This document shows, piece after piece, positions 21,301 through 30,325 of a stretch of DNA of 64,000 nt. The stretch spans positions 22,785 to 86,784 of the IMG/VR virus record IMGVR_UViG_3300028394_000059. One strand, written 5' to 3'. The notes under the pieces are model-generated. The model ran no database searches and was not told where the DNA came from. It saw nothing but the letters and a program-made list of their open reading frames with translations. The position numbers were made by a program, and so were the translations under genes. The stretch's first letter is position 1, and each line of letters starts with the position of its first letter. The stretch is from a virus.

Positions 21301-22466
21301 AGATATCAGCGACAGGATCGGATAGACCTTATTATATAATAATGAATAAGGACGGTGTTGGTGTAACTGGAGCTCTAATATCCGATGGGTATTCGGGTGG
21401 TGCATATAATTTACCAGCAGCTAGTAAGGATGATTCCACATATTACGTTACAACCATATTCGGCGGATCAGGAAGCTATTTTGGTAATGCCTTTGTAGCT
21501 GGATCAACAGGAACCACATATTTGCTAACCGCAAATATAACGGAGCAGGCTGTTTCCAAATCAATGTTTGCTGTCGATCTGGATTTTGAGAATACAAGTT
21601 ACATGAACCTTAATTCCAGCGGACCAATACTTGACGATCAATATTACATGATATATGGAATTTCATTGGGTGCTGCCGGTGTTACTGGAACTAATATTAT
21701 AAAGACAAATCGCAGTGGAAAAATATTAGATAGCATAAATTTTGGAGGAACTGGCGGATATAACCATACCGTTCAGCTCGATGCGTTTTCTGCTAATTGC
21801 GATGTCGATGGTAATCTATTTATAAACGCTGTAAATAGAACAGGAGTTACTGGGAGTGGTTATTATCAATCTAACCCAAAATCAGCATTCTCATTGCTAA
21901 CAGAACAATATCAACCTGAACTAGGTATCAATCTGGGTAATATTATTTCTAGAGCTGGATCGGGAACTTGGACATGGTGCGATGTGCATTCAACAGATAT
22001 GGGTATGCAGGTACCAATTTTATCGACGGTGGTATTTAATAATTACGCTTCAAACCTATACGGAAAACAAAATAATAATTGGATATTAAGTGATTCTAAA
22101 ACTGGAGATGAGTTACTAAATGTAAAGGGAAGCCCTTATTTTATATACACATTTAGCATTGCTGGTAATTACACAATATACAATAGTGTGGAGGATTCGA
22201 TGGGCAATGTCTATATGACAACTAAACCTGGTTATATTGAGGTTATTGACCACAAGATTAAAAGACCTGATGATAAGAATCCTGATGAAGTTGATTCGTT
22301 TGATTATGGGCAACCAGAACCTTTCTATGGAAGGGATTATCAAGCACAGAAACTTGATAAGGATATGTTGATTGAGCAGGAAAAAATATTCAGAGGAGAA
22401 CAGCCTCAATTTGGATCCGAAGTTGTTATACCTAATAACCCTGATGCAACATTTAGAACGGATTAA
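18351..22466 (+). CDS. Large virion protein with Reg_prop-type beta-propeller repeats and a C-terminal PKD-like unit
   Basis: GIISDNVYSIDLDEDGNLWIGTDVGLSFFDG and RSISIDPADRVWVG match the two-component-regulator propeller repeat; PYFIYTFSIAGNYTI near the C-terminus. Confidence 0.65.
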   Translation: MASYYLIMNQIDVDSEFYVWGSGQDLRRFDGNTWEYYNYTNSAVPSGAPYFLDTRSISIDPADRVWVGCAEGPTSGLNENAVFYIDSNDVSIGDSWTFSDLGSFTEPQEISHIYACPYGDDILAFATPLNGIGGTGTTGYTQINGVTGGRLFHYLIENEEWKETVPEYIWPHIYDTIAKGYDGKNYFYYVATSEGLFTIPQGTLEKETLLGGFEIIKQAQVYNTKTSGIISDNVYSIDLDEDGNLWIGTDVGLSFFDGTEFYNYPIATGPVTKVKSRPNGHVFYSSGDGELNSGTGLWHFNGVNYTQYTSATGGIANDNVLDIKLVEYNITQNSSVVYEDGLWVLCYNYLSDFDYDIPHVYGSSKYEGATGWNFTYYTPDQPEINPAIPKINKYTWSYPEWRTYQDGFLKYKFPGLDPRNLFLTTELSDIADGKAGKQPYWDNWPIPSYEEEVLVESIADYDWADNIVIGAIDSYGGTGNIAITSSASIKTQFGTKYYVGGYISGNTNANFGYYNNNDVASISNQNPTLGGRSGVGGSNTSTGAQSMGFITCYNEKGIVDSILPFRGYFTTIEDLAPSPDGSSIIATGQFKRFIENGDYVWDSIELLNDTFEGGPTGAPIGVTNPYITGLTSGSYSWIYDPTSPVTTFSDDWLFDNTVNTPSSGNFDTQTLNSSGLYEDVTYISLNYTSDSSANLTTELDALVTGNTLSLYSYSPALAYYRIDRISAFSGGLKFNVTYMSGATGAIGNLSVGTAFAISGYDYTPDTYPMVRNLQYMTDTLNQWEAGIKKDVQSIGLFVTKINGDLGGVSSLAPLINYADYNSAARKYFRTTGFRHFPRASVMRHSDGDDDKQIKLDVTRYSINLGIKNDENWNSMGGNPLGGFATLKNLWNRTNDGFFTTDYIAQSNRNTLYAFNQDTVFSYVRLSVDDFSLLSTITSESLNFTPVGAFKIASGQIGSVKSLRGDNTTLVTGYVDRSFTMGGIEISATGSDRPYYIIMNKDGVGVTGALISDGYSGGAYNLPAASKDDSTYYVTTIFGGSGSYFGNAFVAGSTGTTYLLTANITEQAVSKSMFAVDLDFENTSYMNLNSSGPILDDQYYMIYGISLGAAGVTGTNIIKTNRSGKILDSINFGGTGGYNHTVQLDAFSANCDVDGNLFINAVNRTGVTGSGYYQSNPKSAFSLLTEQYQPELGINLGNIISRAGSGTWTWCDVHSTDMGMQVPILSTVVFNNYASNLYGKQNNNWILSDSKTGDELLNVKGSPYFIYTFSIAGNYTIYNSVEDSMGNVYMTTKPGYIEVIDHKIKRPDDKNPDEVDSFDYGQPEPFYGRDYQAQKLDKDMLIEQEKIFRGEQPQFGSEVVIPNNPDATFRTD

Positions 22467-22491
22467 TTTCTTAATCCGTTCTTTTTAATTT

Positions 22492-23253
22492 TTATTTGGT
22501 TGTTTTGTAATTATCTTCCCATTCATCGAATGTTTCTTCGATTAATTTCACAATCGGATCTCTAACAATATCATTGATACTAAAGCTCATCGTTCCGATG
22601 TCTTCTTTGTTTTCGAACAGCTTAACTACCAGATCTAATGATGAGAGTTTAGTGTTCTTCATATCGATCTGCTTGGTGTCACCCGTAATGATCATTTTGG
22701 TATCTGTACCGATTCTTGTCATTGTTGATCTCATATTTTTCTGAGTTATATTCTGAGCTTCATCAACAATAATGATTGCGTTGTCTATCGATCTTCCTCT
22801 AATATAAGCTAGCGGTAAAACTTCAATAAATCCCTGATCCAGCATAATCTGAGTTAATCCCTCGCCAATAATTTTTTGAAAGTTATCTAGAAATGAAATG
22901 GTGAATGGCAACATCTTTTCTTTAAGGTCCCCTTTTAGAAATCCAACTTCTTCGCCTTCAAGAACAGTTACACTTTTAACAAGAATTATTTTTTTAAACC
23001 TGGAATCACTTTTTAAAAGTTTTAAAGCCTGAGCACATGCAAGATATGTTTTGCCTGTTCCTGCTGGACCTGCTGCTATTGTTATTTTATTGTCATTTAT
23101 TAGATTCATAAGATTTTTCTGACTTTCATTTTTATACTTATAATCTAGCCTCAATTTCTGCAGATCAAACCTTGACCCATTTTGGTGTTGATGTCCGGAT
23201 GGGAATGTTTCGTAAAACTCTTCGTCAGCGATTCTCTTCTTTCTGTTTGCCAT
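22492..23253 (-). CDS. phoH: PhoH-family ATPase
   Basis: GPAGTGKT Walker A, LAYIRGRSI, VDEAQN, TRIG, GDTKQID and IVRDPIV motifs. Confidence 0.95.
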   Translation of the reverse strand: MANRKKRIADEEFYETFPSGHQHQNGSRFDLQKLRLDYKYKNESQKNLMNLINDNKITIAAGPAGTGKTYLACAQALKLLKSDSRFKKIILVKSVTVLEGEEVGFLKGDLKEKMLPFTISFLDNFQKIIGEGLTQIMLDQGFIEVLPLAYIRGRSIDNAIIIVDEAQNITQKNMRSTMTRIGTDTKMIITGDTKQIDMKNTKLSSLDLVVKLFENKEDIGTMSFSINDIVRDPIVKLIEETFDEWEDNYKTTK

Positions 23254-23454
23254 ATTATTATTTTATTTTTGGGTGGTAATGCTCCGATTTAATACAATTC
23301 GGGTGATTATTGGATTTGTTAAAAAAATTATTGGTATTTTCTGGATTTTTATCGGAATAAATCAATGATTTTGCGCTTAAAGATATATCAATAAAGCGTT
23401 TTTTGTGAGGTTTGATTTTTTGTCCTTCCATATTTAAGTGTTGTCTGTGACGAT

Positions 23455-23462
23455 GATATATA
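23455..23462 (+). promoter_or_regulatory. GATATATA putative late promoter in the divergent phoH intergenic region
   Basis: Octamer 38 nt before the ATG at 23493. Confidence 0.6.
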
Positions 23463-23492
23463 TTTCGCTTTAAAAAACAAATAAAAAGAAAA

Positions 23493-24401
23493 ATGGCAAC
23501 TGTAAACATTAATGAAATTTTAGGATCAGATTCGATATCTGGATCTAGAGTAACCCTTAACTCAAACTTTTTGATATTACAAAACTGGATAAATGGTTAC
23601 GTAACCGGGTTTGGAATTGATACCGTAAATGGTATTATTAATCTATCTAACGCTTCCACAGGAAGGGTACAGGCAAAGATCGGTAAATTCGATTCAATCT
23701 CACTGCCATCAACTGGAGCTTCCCTAGCATCATTAAGTGCTTTAGGTGCTGCTTCCTTTACTGATGTGCAAACAACAACATTCACAGCTTCTGGAGCTCT
23801 AAATGCAAATTCCGTTGTGACATTCGGAGGTCAATCAGTATTTGTTGTTGGTGGTACAGCTTCTTTTAACGCGAGAACAACCTTTAATTCAGCTAACGTA
23901 CTTGGTGTTCAGGGACATGTAATAAGTCAGAACACAACGTATGCATCAGGAACTGCTGGTACACCATTCCCTTCAAATGCATCAGGCATTGGAGGTGGGG
24001 GAGTATTAACATCAATTAATTCACCCTATGCTATAACTGGATTGGAGGATGTGCTCTATGCAAATTGCGGACCTACTGGATTCTATATGAAGGTTGTTGA
24101 TGGAACTTCACCCGTCGGTGGAACATTACCAAATATACCACAAGGAACTAGAGTTACTATTGTTAATACTTCTGCTGCTACTGGTTATATCTATACTGGA
24201 GTTACTGGATCTACTTCATACTACACCGGATTTAATAATGCTGCATTATATGGTGGATATTCAACTAGTGGTTTAAGTGTAAGCCAGAATAAGTCATACA
24301 GATCATCTGTAACTTTACAATGGGAACCTAGAGTTGGACAGGGACAAGCAACACAGAACGGTTCTTGGATAGTACTGGCATCAACCAATATTACGGTATA
24401 A
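23493..24401 (+). CDS. Short tail-fibre/baseplate-attached beta-rich protein
   Basis: N-terminal ILGSDSISGSRVTLNSNF resembles the ...D.....N.NF attachment motif also found in the 35.9-41.2 kb fibres. Confidence 0.6.
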   Translation: MATVNINEILGSDSISGSRVTLNSNFLILQNWINGYVTGFGIDTVNGIINLSNASTGRVQAKIGKFDSISLPSTGASLASLSALGAASFTDVQTTTFTASGALNANSVVTFGGQSVFVVGGTASFNARTTFNSANVLGVQGHVISQNTTYASGTAGTPFPSNASGIGGGGVLTSINSPYAITGLEDVLYANCGPTGFYMKVVDGTSPVGGTLPNIPQGTRVTIVNTSAATGYIYTGVTGSTSYYTGFNNAALYGGYSTSGLSVSQNKSYRSSVTLQWEPRVGQGQATQNGSWIVLASTNITV

Positions 24402-24419
24402 TAAAATAAATAGAAATCG

Positions 24420-26621
24420 ATGGCAAAAACACCATTTATAAGACCTTTACAAGTTCAGGGTGGTACATTCTACACATTCACGTCTTCAGCGGAAGATCTT
24501 TCTTTCACATTCAATAATTCGGTTAATAAATTTAGATTCTCGAAGTTTGCTCTTTTGAATCTTCCTGATATAAACAACACATCAAACGGATCTGAGGATA
24601 ATTTCATAAGATTGAATGGACCTGACGGTGCATTTCTTGATTGGGCTAATGCAACAGGGAATATAATAACTGGTGACGGTAATATCGATTTCTCACAAAG
24701 TTTTCAGAGTTATTGTTTAAATCTGGAGTCAACAATAACGGCAACGGATGAATATGACTCAACACTAAAGCAAAACGTATCGGAAAGAATTTTCTTTAAA
24801 TGGCTTAGAGAGCTCGGAGCAATAAGATTTAGAGGAGCTAATTCCGATGAGGTTGTTCCTACATTGGATCAAACAACCGTTACTACTGTTAATGGTTTAC
24901 CAGTTACGCAAAAGAGATATGCTGAGGGAGATGCACCAGCTGGAACAACTGGAGCATATGGAATGACTGGTGGTTATTATAGTAGAGTAGTCCAATATGT
25001 CGGTAATCTTGATATAGTAAACTCGGTAAAAAACTCCACCAACACTTATTCTGAGGTTTATGTTTACGTTCCGACAAAAGATGGTAATACACCATATGTT
25101 CTATTTAAGAATATTGCCGATAAAAACTATTATCCGGATTATCAATGGACAAACAATCCTAATAATCCTCTGAATGATGAATATCTGGTTGGAAGAAACT
25201 ATGACGAGACAAATCCAAGCGGATTAACAAATCTAGCAATTTTCGATGATGATGTTCTTGGTGTACCTACTGCATCGTATATCGATACAGGTGTTAGTGC
25301 CTCAACAATAGCGGGTAATTGGTATTCTCCAAGAGATACTGCAAACACATATTTTACTGACTCATCTTTTGTCGATCCTTCCAATTACATTCTAACAAAG
25401 ACTGATAATTCTAATAGTTTAACGTACATCAGAAGTAAGCTTGATTCGATAGGTATTGATTTCAATCCTAATTCATACCAGGGTATAATATCTGATCCTA
25501 GTATATCTACGTTGGAGGAGTTTAACTCTACCGCAGGTTCCTCAGACTTTGCGTTTAACGCGGTATTAATCTATTATGATGTATACGACCCTGCTATTCC
25601 TACTGATGTAGCTACGAACTTATATGGTGTTTTATTCCTAGACGATGTCAATACATCTAGCGGTGACATCTTTATCCCTAGACTACCGAAGCATAGACCT
25701 AATCCGGTTACTAAATTAAATGGTAATTCATACGGATTTAAGATAAATTTAAAATTTGATACCGATATAGATCAAACTGGGGTAGAGCAAGCTATAAATG
25801 ACTACTCTCCCTTCTCTTTATCCATGTTTATGGACGCTATGAACGTGTTACAAGACGCTAGCGCAACCTTAAACAATGCCTCAGTTGATTTCATCAATCT
25901 GAGCGATAGAGTCACTAATTTGGAGAATATAACGCTTTCGTCTCAAACCTCAGCTAATTTAGATAGAAGAATAACGGGACTGGAACAAACATTGGCAGCA
26001 AATCAGGCTTTATTTAATAACACACATTCCATAATGGGTCTTATCAATCAGAATTATGATATGGTTAGAGCCATAATCAATAACAAGACGAGCGTGGAGG
26101 TGTCCTATAATTTGGATCTTTTCAAACAAGGAAGTGGAATTTCTCTAGATAGATCAACTCCTAACGAGGTTACTGTTAATAGTATAAATCAAGATTTTAC
26201 CATCGGTAACGATATGGGTAAAGGAACGCTTACACAAAATGGTAATAATGAAATAAATCTACTCAGATTCTCTAATTACTTTAAACACGTAAACAACGAA
26301 AATCCATTAACGTTAACGGGTGACTTAACCATAAGAATAAATGATAATCCAGCAAACTGGAAGAATGGACAGAGGTTTAGATTATCATTTGGTGATATAG
26401 TCTATCCTGGTGAATACTTCATTAACATATTAACAAATTCACAGGGTAAATATCCAATTTCTAATCCAAGTACTGTTAGTTATTCAACTACTATAATCAC
26501 TCTGGATGATGATATGTTTAAAACACAAGGATATAAGCCAGTTTTGGATATAGTTTGTATCGATGAAAACAATTTAGAATTCCAGGTTGATATGATAGGT
26601 AAAAGCTTAACCAACAATTAA
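24420..26621 (+). CDS. Hypothetical structural protein (733 aa, internal coiled coil)
   Basis: Long ORF in the late operon; heptad region LSDRVTNLE...LDRRITGLE. Confidence 0.55.
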   Translation: MAKTPFIRPLQVQGGTFYTFTSSAEDLSFTFNNSVNKFRFSKFALLNLPDINNTSNGSEDNFIRLNGPDGAFLDWANATGNIITGDGNIDFSQSFQSYCLNLESTITATDEYDSTLKQNVSERIFFKWLRELGAIRFRGANSDEVVPTLDQTTVTTVNGLPVTQKRYAEGDAPAGTTGAYGMTGGYYSRVVQYVGNLDIVNSVKNSTNTYSEVYVYVPTKDGNTPYVLFKNIADKNYYPDYQWTNNPNNPLNDEYLVGRNYDETNPSGLTNLAIFDDDVLGVPTASYIDTGVSASTIAGNWYSPRDTANTYFTDSSFVDPSNYILTKTDNSNSLTYIRSKLDSIGIDFNPNSYQGIISDPSISTLEEFNSTAGSSDFAFNAVLIYYDVYDPAIPTDVATNLYGVLFLDDVNTSSGDIFIPRLPKHRPNPVTKLNGNSYGFKINLKFDTDIDQTGVEQAINDYSPFSLSMFMDAMNVLQDASATLNNASVDFINLSDRVTNLENITLSSQTSANLDRRITGLEQTLAANQALFNNTHSIMGLINQNYDMVRAIINNKTSVEVSYNLDLFKQGSGISLDRSTPNEVTVNSINQDFTIGNDMGKGTLTQNGNNEINLLRFSNYFKHVNNENPLTLTGDLTIRINDNPANWKNGQRFRLSFGDIVYPGEYFINILTNSQGKYPISNPSTVSYSTTIITLDDDMFKTQGYKPVLDIVCIDENNLEFQVDMIGKSLTNN

Positions 26622-26643
26622 TAAAATTAAATAACCAAAGGAA

Positions 26644-29600
26644 ATGGCAGGAACACAAAATTCAATAAGTTCTTTAGTAGCACAGTTTTTAAGACTGCAG
26701 AAAAATTCATTAGAGATAATCAATGGATTAAACGAAGTTGCTGTTTCTACTAATAATACTGTAAGTATAGAAGTCCTGGATGAGCAGGGATTACCAAAGA
26801 ACGCAAATATACCTTCCTATGGATTTCTAAGAGGGGAGATTCAAAGATTAGACAATAATATAAAATCACTTGCTGGAATAGGGGATACCTCAGCTACTGT
26901 TAGAAATCCTGATGGCACTTATTCCCAAGTTTTTAAATATGATATACTAAGAGAACCCAGACCTCTAACCAACTTAGGTGTACCTAGCACTTTTAGTGTT
27001 AAGGATAATTGGTTTTTTGAAAGCTTTCTAAGCCCATTGCTTTATATTAATATAAATGTAACTGGACAGATAGTAGATGCTGCTGATAGAATAGTGGTTA
27101 AGAGAATAATAGCAAACACTACAACAGAAACACAAAAAGCTTATTTTGACAGAGAGCTTAAGGGAAGGAATGATTTAACCTACGATCAGTATATACAGGC
27201 TTTATCCGATAATGGTATACCTTACTTTGTTGATGAGGATATAATACAATTGCCACTAAGAACAATCCGATATATTGGTAATTTCAGTGTTCTTAGCTAT
27301 TATGATGATACCGTTTCAGTAACGGATCAGAATGGTGCTACCGTTCAGGAATTAAGAAGAAATTATAAACTGGACAAGTTAAATTATACGGATACACTTA
27401 CCGATGTTAAGGATGGAAAATCATTAAATGTTAATGATCAAGTTGCTACGCAAGACGGAAGCTTATATCAGATAACATCTATTGATAGGGATCAGGCATC
27501 ATTTCAGGCGAAAAGGATTTCAGGATATCAACCTATTCAGATAGGAGTAAACTCTTTATCCATATCATCAACAGATTTCGGACCTAGATTTGTCCAAGTA
27601 AATGTTGGTTATAATGAGAGACAAGGAGTTTTCTTTAAAACGATAGATGATAATTTTAATATAGTTAGCGCAAGTTGGTCAACGGGGGTTGTTTTCTGGA
27701 GTAATGAATTGCAGACAAAAAATTCAAGCGGTGAATTAGTAACCCTGGAGAAATATTATCTAACTGAGGTTGCAGATTTGGGTAAAGTTTTTCTTGGTGC
27801 TGCCAAGGAGAATAAGATCCCAGCAATACAGGGACTCGAACCAGATGCTCCCCTTCTTACTGATAGTAGTTTTAAGGTCGTACAGATAAACAAACAGGTA
27901 ACTCAATCAACATCGATTAAAGTTGTTTCTGATAAGCTTAACATTAAAACTACACTAAAAAGTGAGATTGATGCACTCGATGAATCAATAAATGACGCTA
28001 GATTACAATTAAATACAGGCTTATCAAGATCTGATACCTATTCAGCACCTTCGAGATTTACCGGGAGAGGGGATGATGACTTTAGCGGAAGAGGATTTTT
28101 TGGAACGAGAAGATTAGCTTATCTTGTTGAAAGTCCATTAACATCACCTAGAGGTATTAATGTAGCTTCCATCAGAGCTAATCTTAATAATTTAATAGAC
28201 GAAAGAACCAAAAAAGCTCAGCTTTATGCATCTTTAGTTGATGAAGTTAGTGTTTTAGTACAAGATGTACCACAAATAATTACACCAGCAAAATATAGGG
28301 TTAGGGGATTTTGGCCATTTCCTGCTCCCAAAGTTGAGCCAGGTTCAGGACCTCAACAGGTTATACAATTCTCTGTTAAATACAGATATCTAAACGATAG
28401 CGGTTCATCGCAACCATCCGAGCAGATAGAGTTTATCGATAATGATGGTGCTGCCAAAAATGCTGCATTTTCTAATTGGACGGAATATAAAACGGATATT
28501 AGAAAGAAAGTTTATGATACAACTAGAGGTGTATATGTTTGGGCTGATGAACAGACATCTGATGCTAATGTTCAGAATATAAACCAGCTTGATATCCCTA
28601 TAACAAAGGGAGAAAAAGTTGAGATTCAGATCGCATCAATATCAGAAGCTGGCTGGCCAGAAAATCCTCTGACCTCTGAATATTCTCAATCTGTTACTAT
28701 ATCCTTCCCCGATAATCTTAGTGTTGATGGTGTTTCTGATACTCTTAAACAGAACAATGAGGATGCAGCGGTAGTTAAAGTTCAAAGAACCCTTGATGCC
28801 CAAGGATTACCAGCCCATTTATCGCAACAGTTTACTTCCGGTGATAATACATATTATCACGACTCAATTGGTATAGCGAGCGGGTTTTATAATAGCGCAG
28901 GAACAGTAATAAATTTATTTGATAAATTAACGGAGCTTCAGAATCAAATAGCTAATCTTTCTGCACAAATATCTACAGCTAAGGGTGTACTTGAAGTTTA
29001 CATAGTGGATTCAAGCAGCAATAAGATTAAGGTTTCTAGAGGATCAACTGTTAAAATAGTTTCTGGTTTCTATAGCGACATATTTTCGGATCCTCTTGCA
29101 GCTGATGCTGGTAAGATTGCTTCGTTTACGTATAGCATACAACTTTATAATGGTAAGGCATCATCGGTTGAATTGGCATCAACTATGCCAGGCGGACTTT
29201 CACAGAAAGTGCCATTTGCCATAACCCCTCAGTCTTATCCAGTGGGATATGACAGCAATCTTAGATACGGGGATTGCCCTATATCAATATCGTCTCTAGT
29301 ATTAGCTGATACGTCGATTGTTGATAATACTTACTTTAGACAAGCCCCACCATTTGCATCAGTTAGCTCATATTCCCAGTTCATATACCCTAGATACAGA
29401 ACTGTTGGATATGATCAGCAGCTTTACACAGGGGAAAGCTTGGGTTCAAGTTTTTCTGCAGTATCGTCAACATCATATACATACGATGGACAGTTAAGTG
29501 TAACTAATTTTGGTATAGCTGGAACATACCCACAGAATGGTACGATAATGATCCCTTATGATCCTACTCAAACAGCAGATTACTTAACTGTTACAGGAGC

Positions 29601-30294
29601 AGCAAATTCGAGTGTATGGAACGGTACATATACAGGGACAGCTCCTAATGGGGGAGGCCTCATATCAGAATTCTGTATAGATAAGACACACCCATATCTA
29701 ATTTCAGTTGGCAACGCATCGTCTTTTGTTGATTATGCAACATTAGTTAAACCATTTGCTACTAATGGTAAGGTGTATCCACCATTTAGACACACACAGA
29801 CTTTCTGGGGTGATACCACGTTAGATTACTATTGGGTGCAACAACAATATAGAACACCAGATACATTTGCAACCGGTGCAACTGCAGCTATATTTGACAC
29901 CATGTATCCGGATAAACTTGGGTTCACTTCAAATGACGAATATCTAATTGGTAAATTCTCCTGCGGATCATATCTTTACTTAGGTCCAGCATCAGGAACA
30001 TCAACGCAAGTACAGGGAACAACATCCCTTTCGACGAGAACCCTTATGGAGGGTGATTCAAATGCTATTAATATACCTCTTGTTTTTCAATTTAGAGCGG
30101 TGGATAAAGCTGGATATATCGGTGGATTCAGAAAATCAGGGAATCTTACAAACATAACATACGCTAAGAAAATTGGTGTGGATATTCAGGTCCAGAATGA
30201 GGATACATTCTCATTTGACGTACAGATCAGCGGATCATATAAGAACGATACTCTTGTTGCACCCAACTTTGACAGTGGACTTAGTTCAGTTTAA
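26644..30294 (+). CDS. Hypothetical large structural protein (1216 aa)
   Basis: Long ORF with coiled-coil segments in a tail/baseplate context. Confidence 0.55.
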   Translation: MAGTQNSISSLVAQFLRLQKNSLEIINGLNEVAVSTNNTVSIEVLDEQGLPKNANIPSYGFLRGEIQRLDNNIKSLAGIGDTSATVRNPDGTYSQVFKYDILREPRPLTNLGVPSTFSVKDNWFFESFLSPLLYININVTGQIVDAADRIVVKRIIANTTTETQKAYFDRELKGRNDLTYDQYIQALSDNGIPYFVDEDIIQLPLRTIRYIGNFSVLSYYDDTVSVTDQNGATVQELRRNYKLDKLNYTDTLTDVKDGKSLNVNDQVATQDGSLYQITSIDRDQASFQAKRISGYQPIQIGVNSLSISSTDFGPRFVQVNVGYNERQGVFFKTIDDNFNIVSASWSTGVVFWSNELQTKNSSGELVTLEKYYLTEVADLGKVFLGAAKENKIPAIQGLEPDAPLLTDSSFKVVQINKQVTQSTSIKVVSDKLNIKTTLKSEIDALDESINDARLQLNTGLSRSDTYSAPSRFTGRGDDDFSGRGFFGTRRLAYLVESPLTSPRGINVASIRANLNNLIDERTKKAQLYASLVDEVSVLVQDVPQIITPAKYRVRGFWPFPAPKVEPGSGPQQVIQFSVKYRYLNDSGSSQPSEQIEFIDNDGAAKNAAFSNWTEYKTDIRKKVYDTTRGVYVWADEQTSDANVQNINQLDIPITKGEKVEIQIASISEAGWPENPLTSEYSQSVTISFPDNLSVDGVSDTLKQNNEDAAVVKVQRTLDAQGLPAHLSQQFTSGDNTYYHDSIGIASGFYNSAGTVINLFDKLTELQNQIANLSAQISTAKGVLEVYIVDSSSNKIKVSRGSTVKIVSGFYSDIFSDPLAADAGKIASFTYSIQLYNGKASSVELASTMPGGLSQKVPFAITPQSYPVGYDSNLRYGDCPISISSLVLADTSIVDNTYFRQAPPFASVSSYSQFIYPRYRTVGYDQQLYTGESLGSSFSAVSSTSYTYDGQLSVTNFGIAGTYPQNGTIMIPYDPTQTADYLTVTGAANSSVWNGTYTGTAPNGGGLISEFCIDKTHPYLISVGNASSFVDYATLVKPFATNGKVYPPFRHTQTFWGDTTLDYYWVQQQYRTPDTFATGATAAIFDTMYPDKLGFTSNDEYLIGKFSCGSYLYLGPASGTSTQVQGTTSLSTRTLMEGDSNAINIPLVFQFRAVDKAGYIGGFRKSGNLTNITYAKKIGVDIQVQNEDTFSFDVQISGSYKNDTLVAPNFDSGLSSV

Positions 30295-30325
30295 TTGGTA
30301 AAATAAATTTTTATAAAAACAATAT

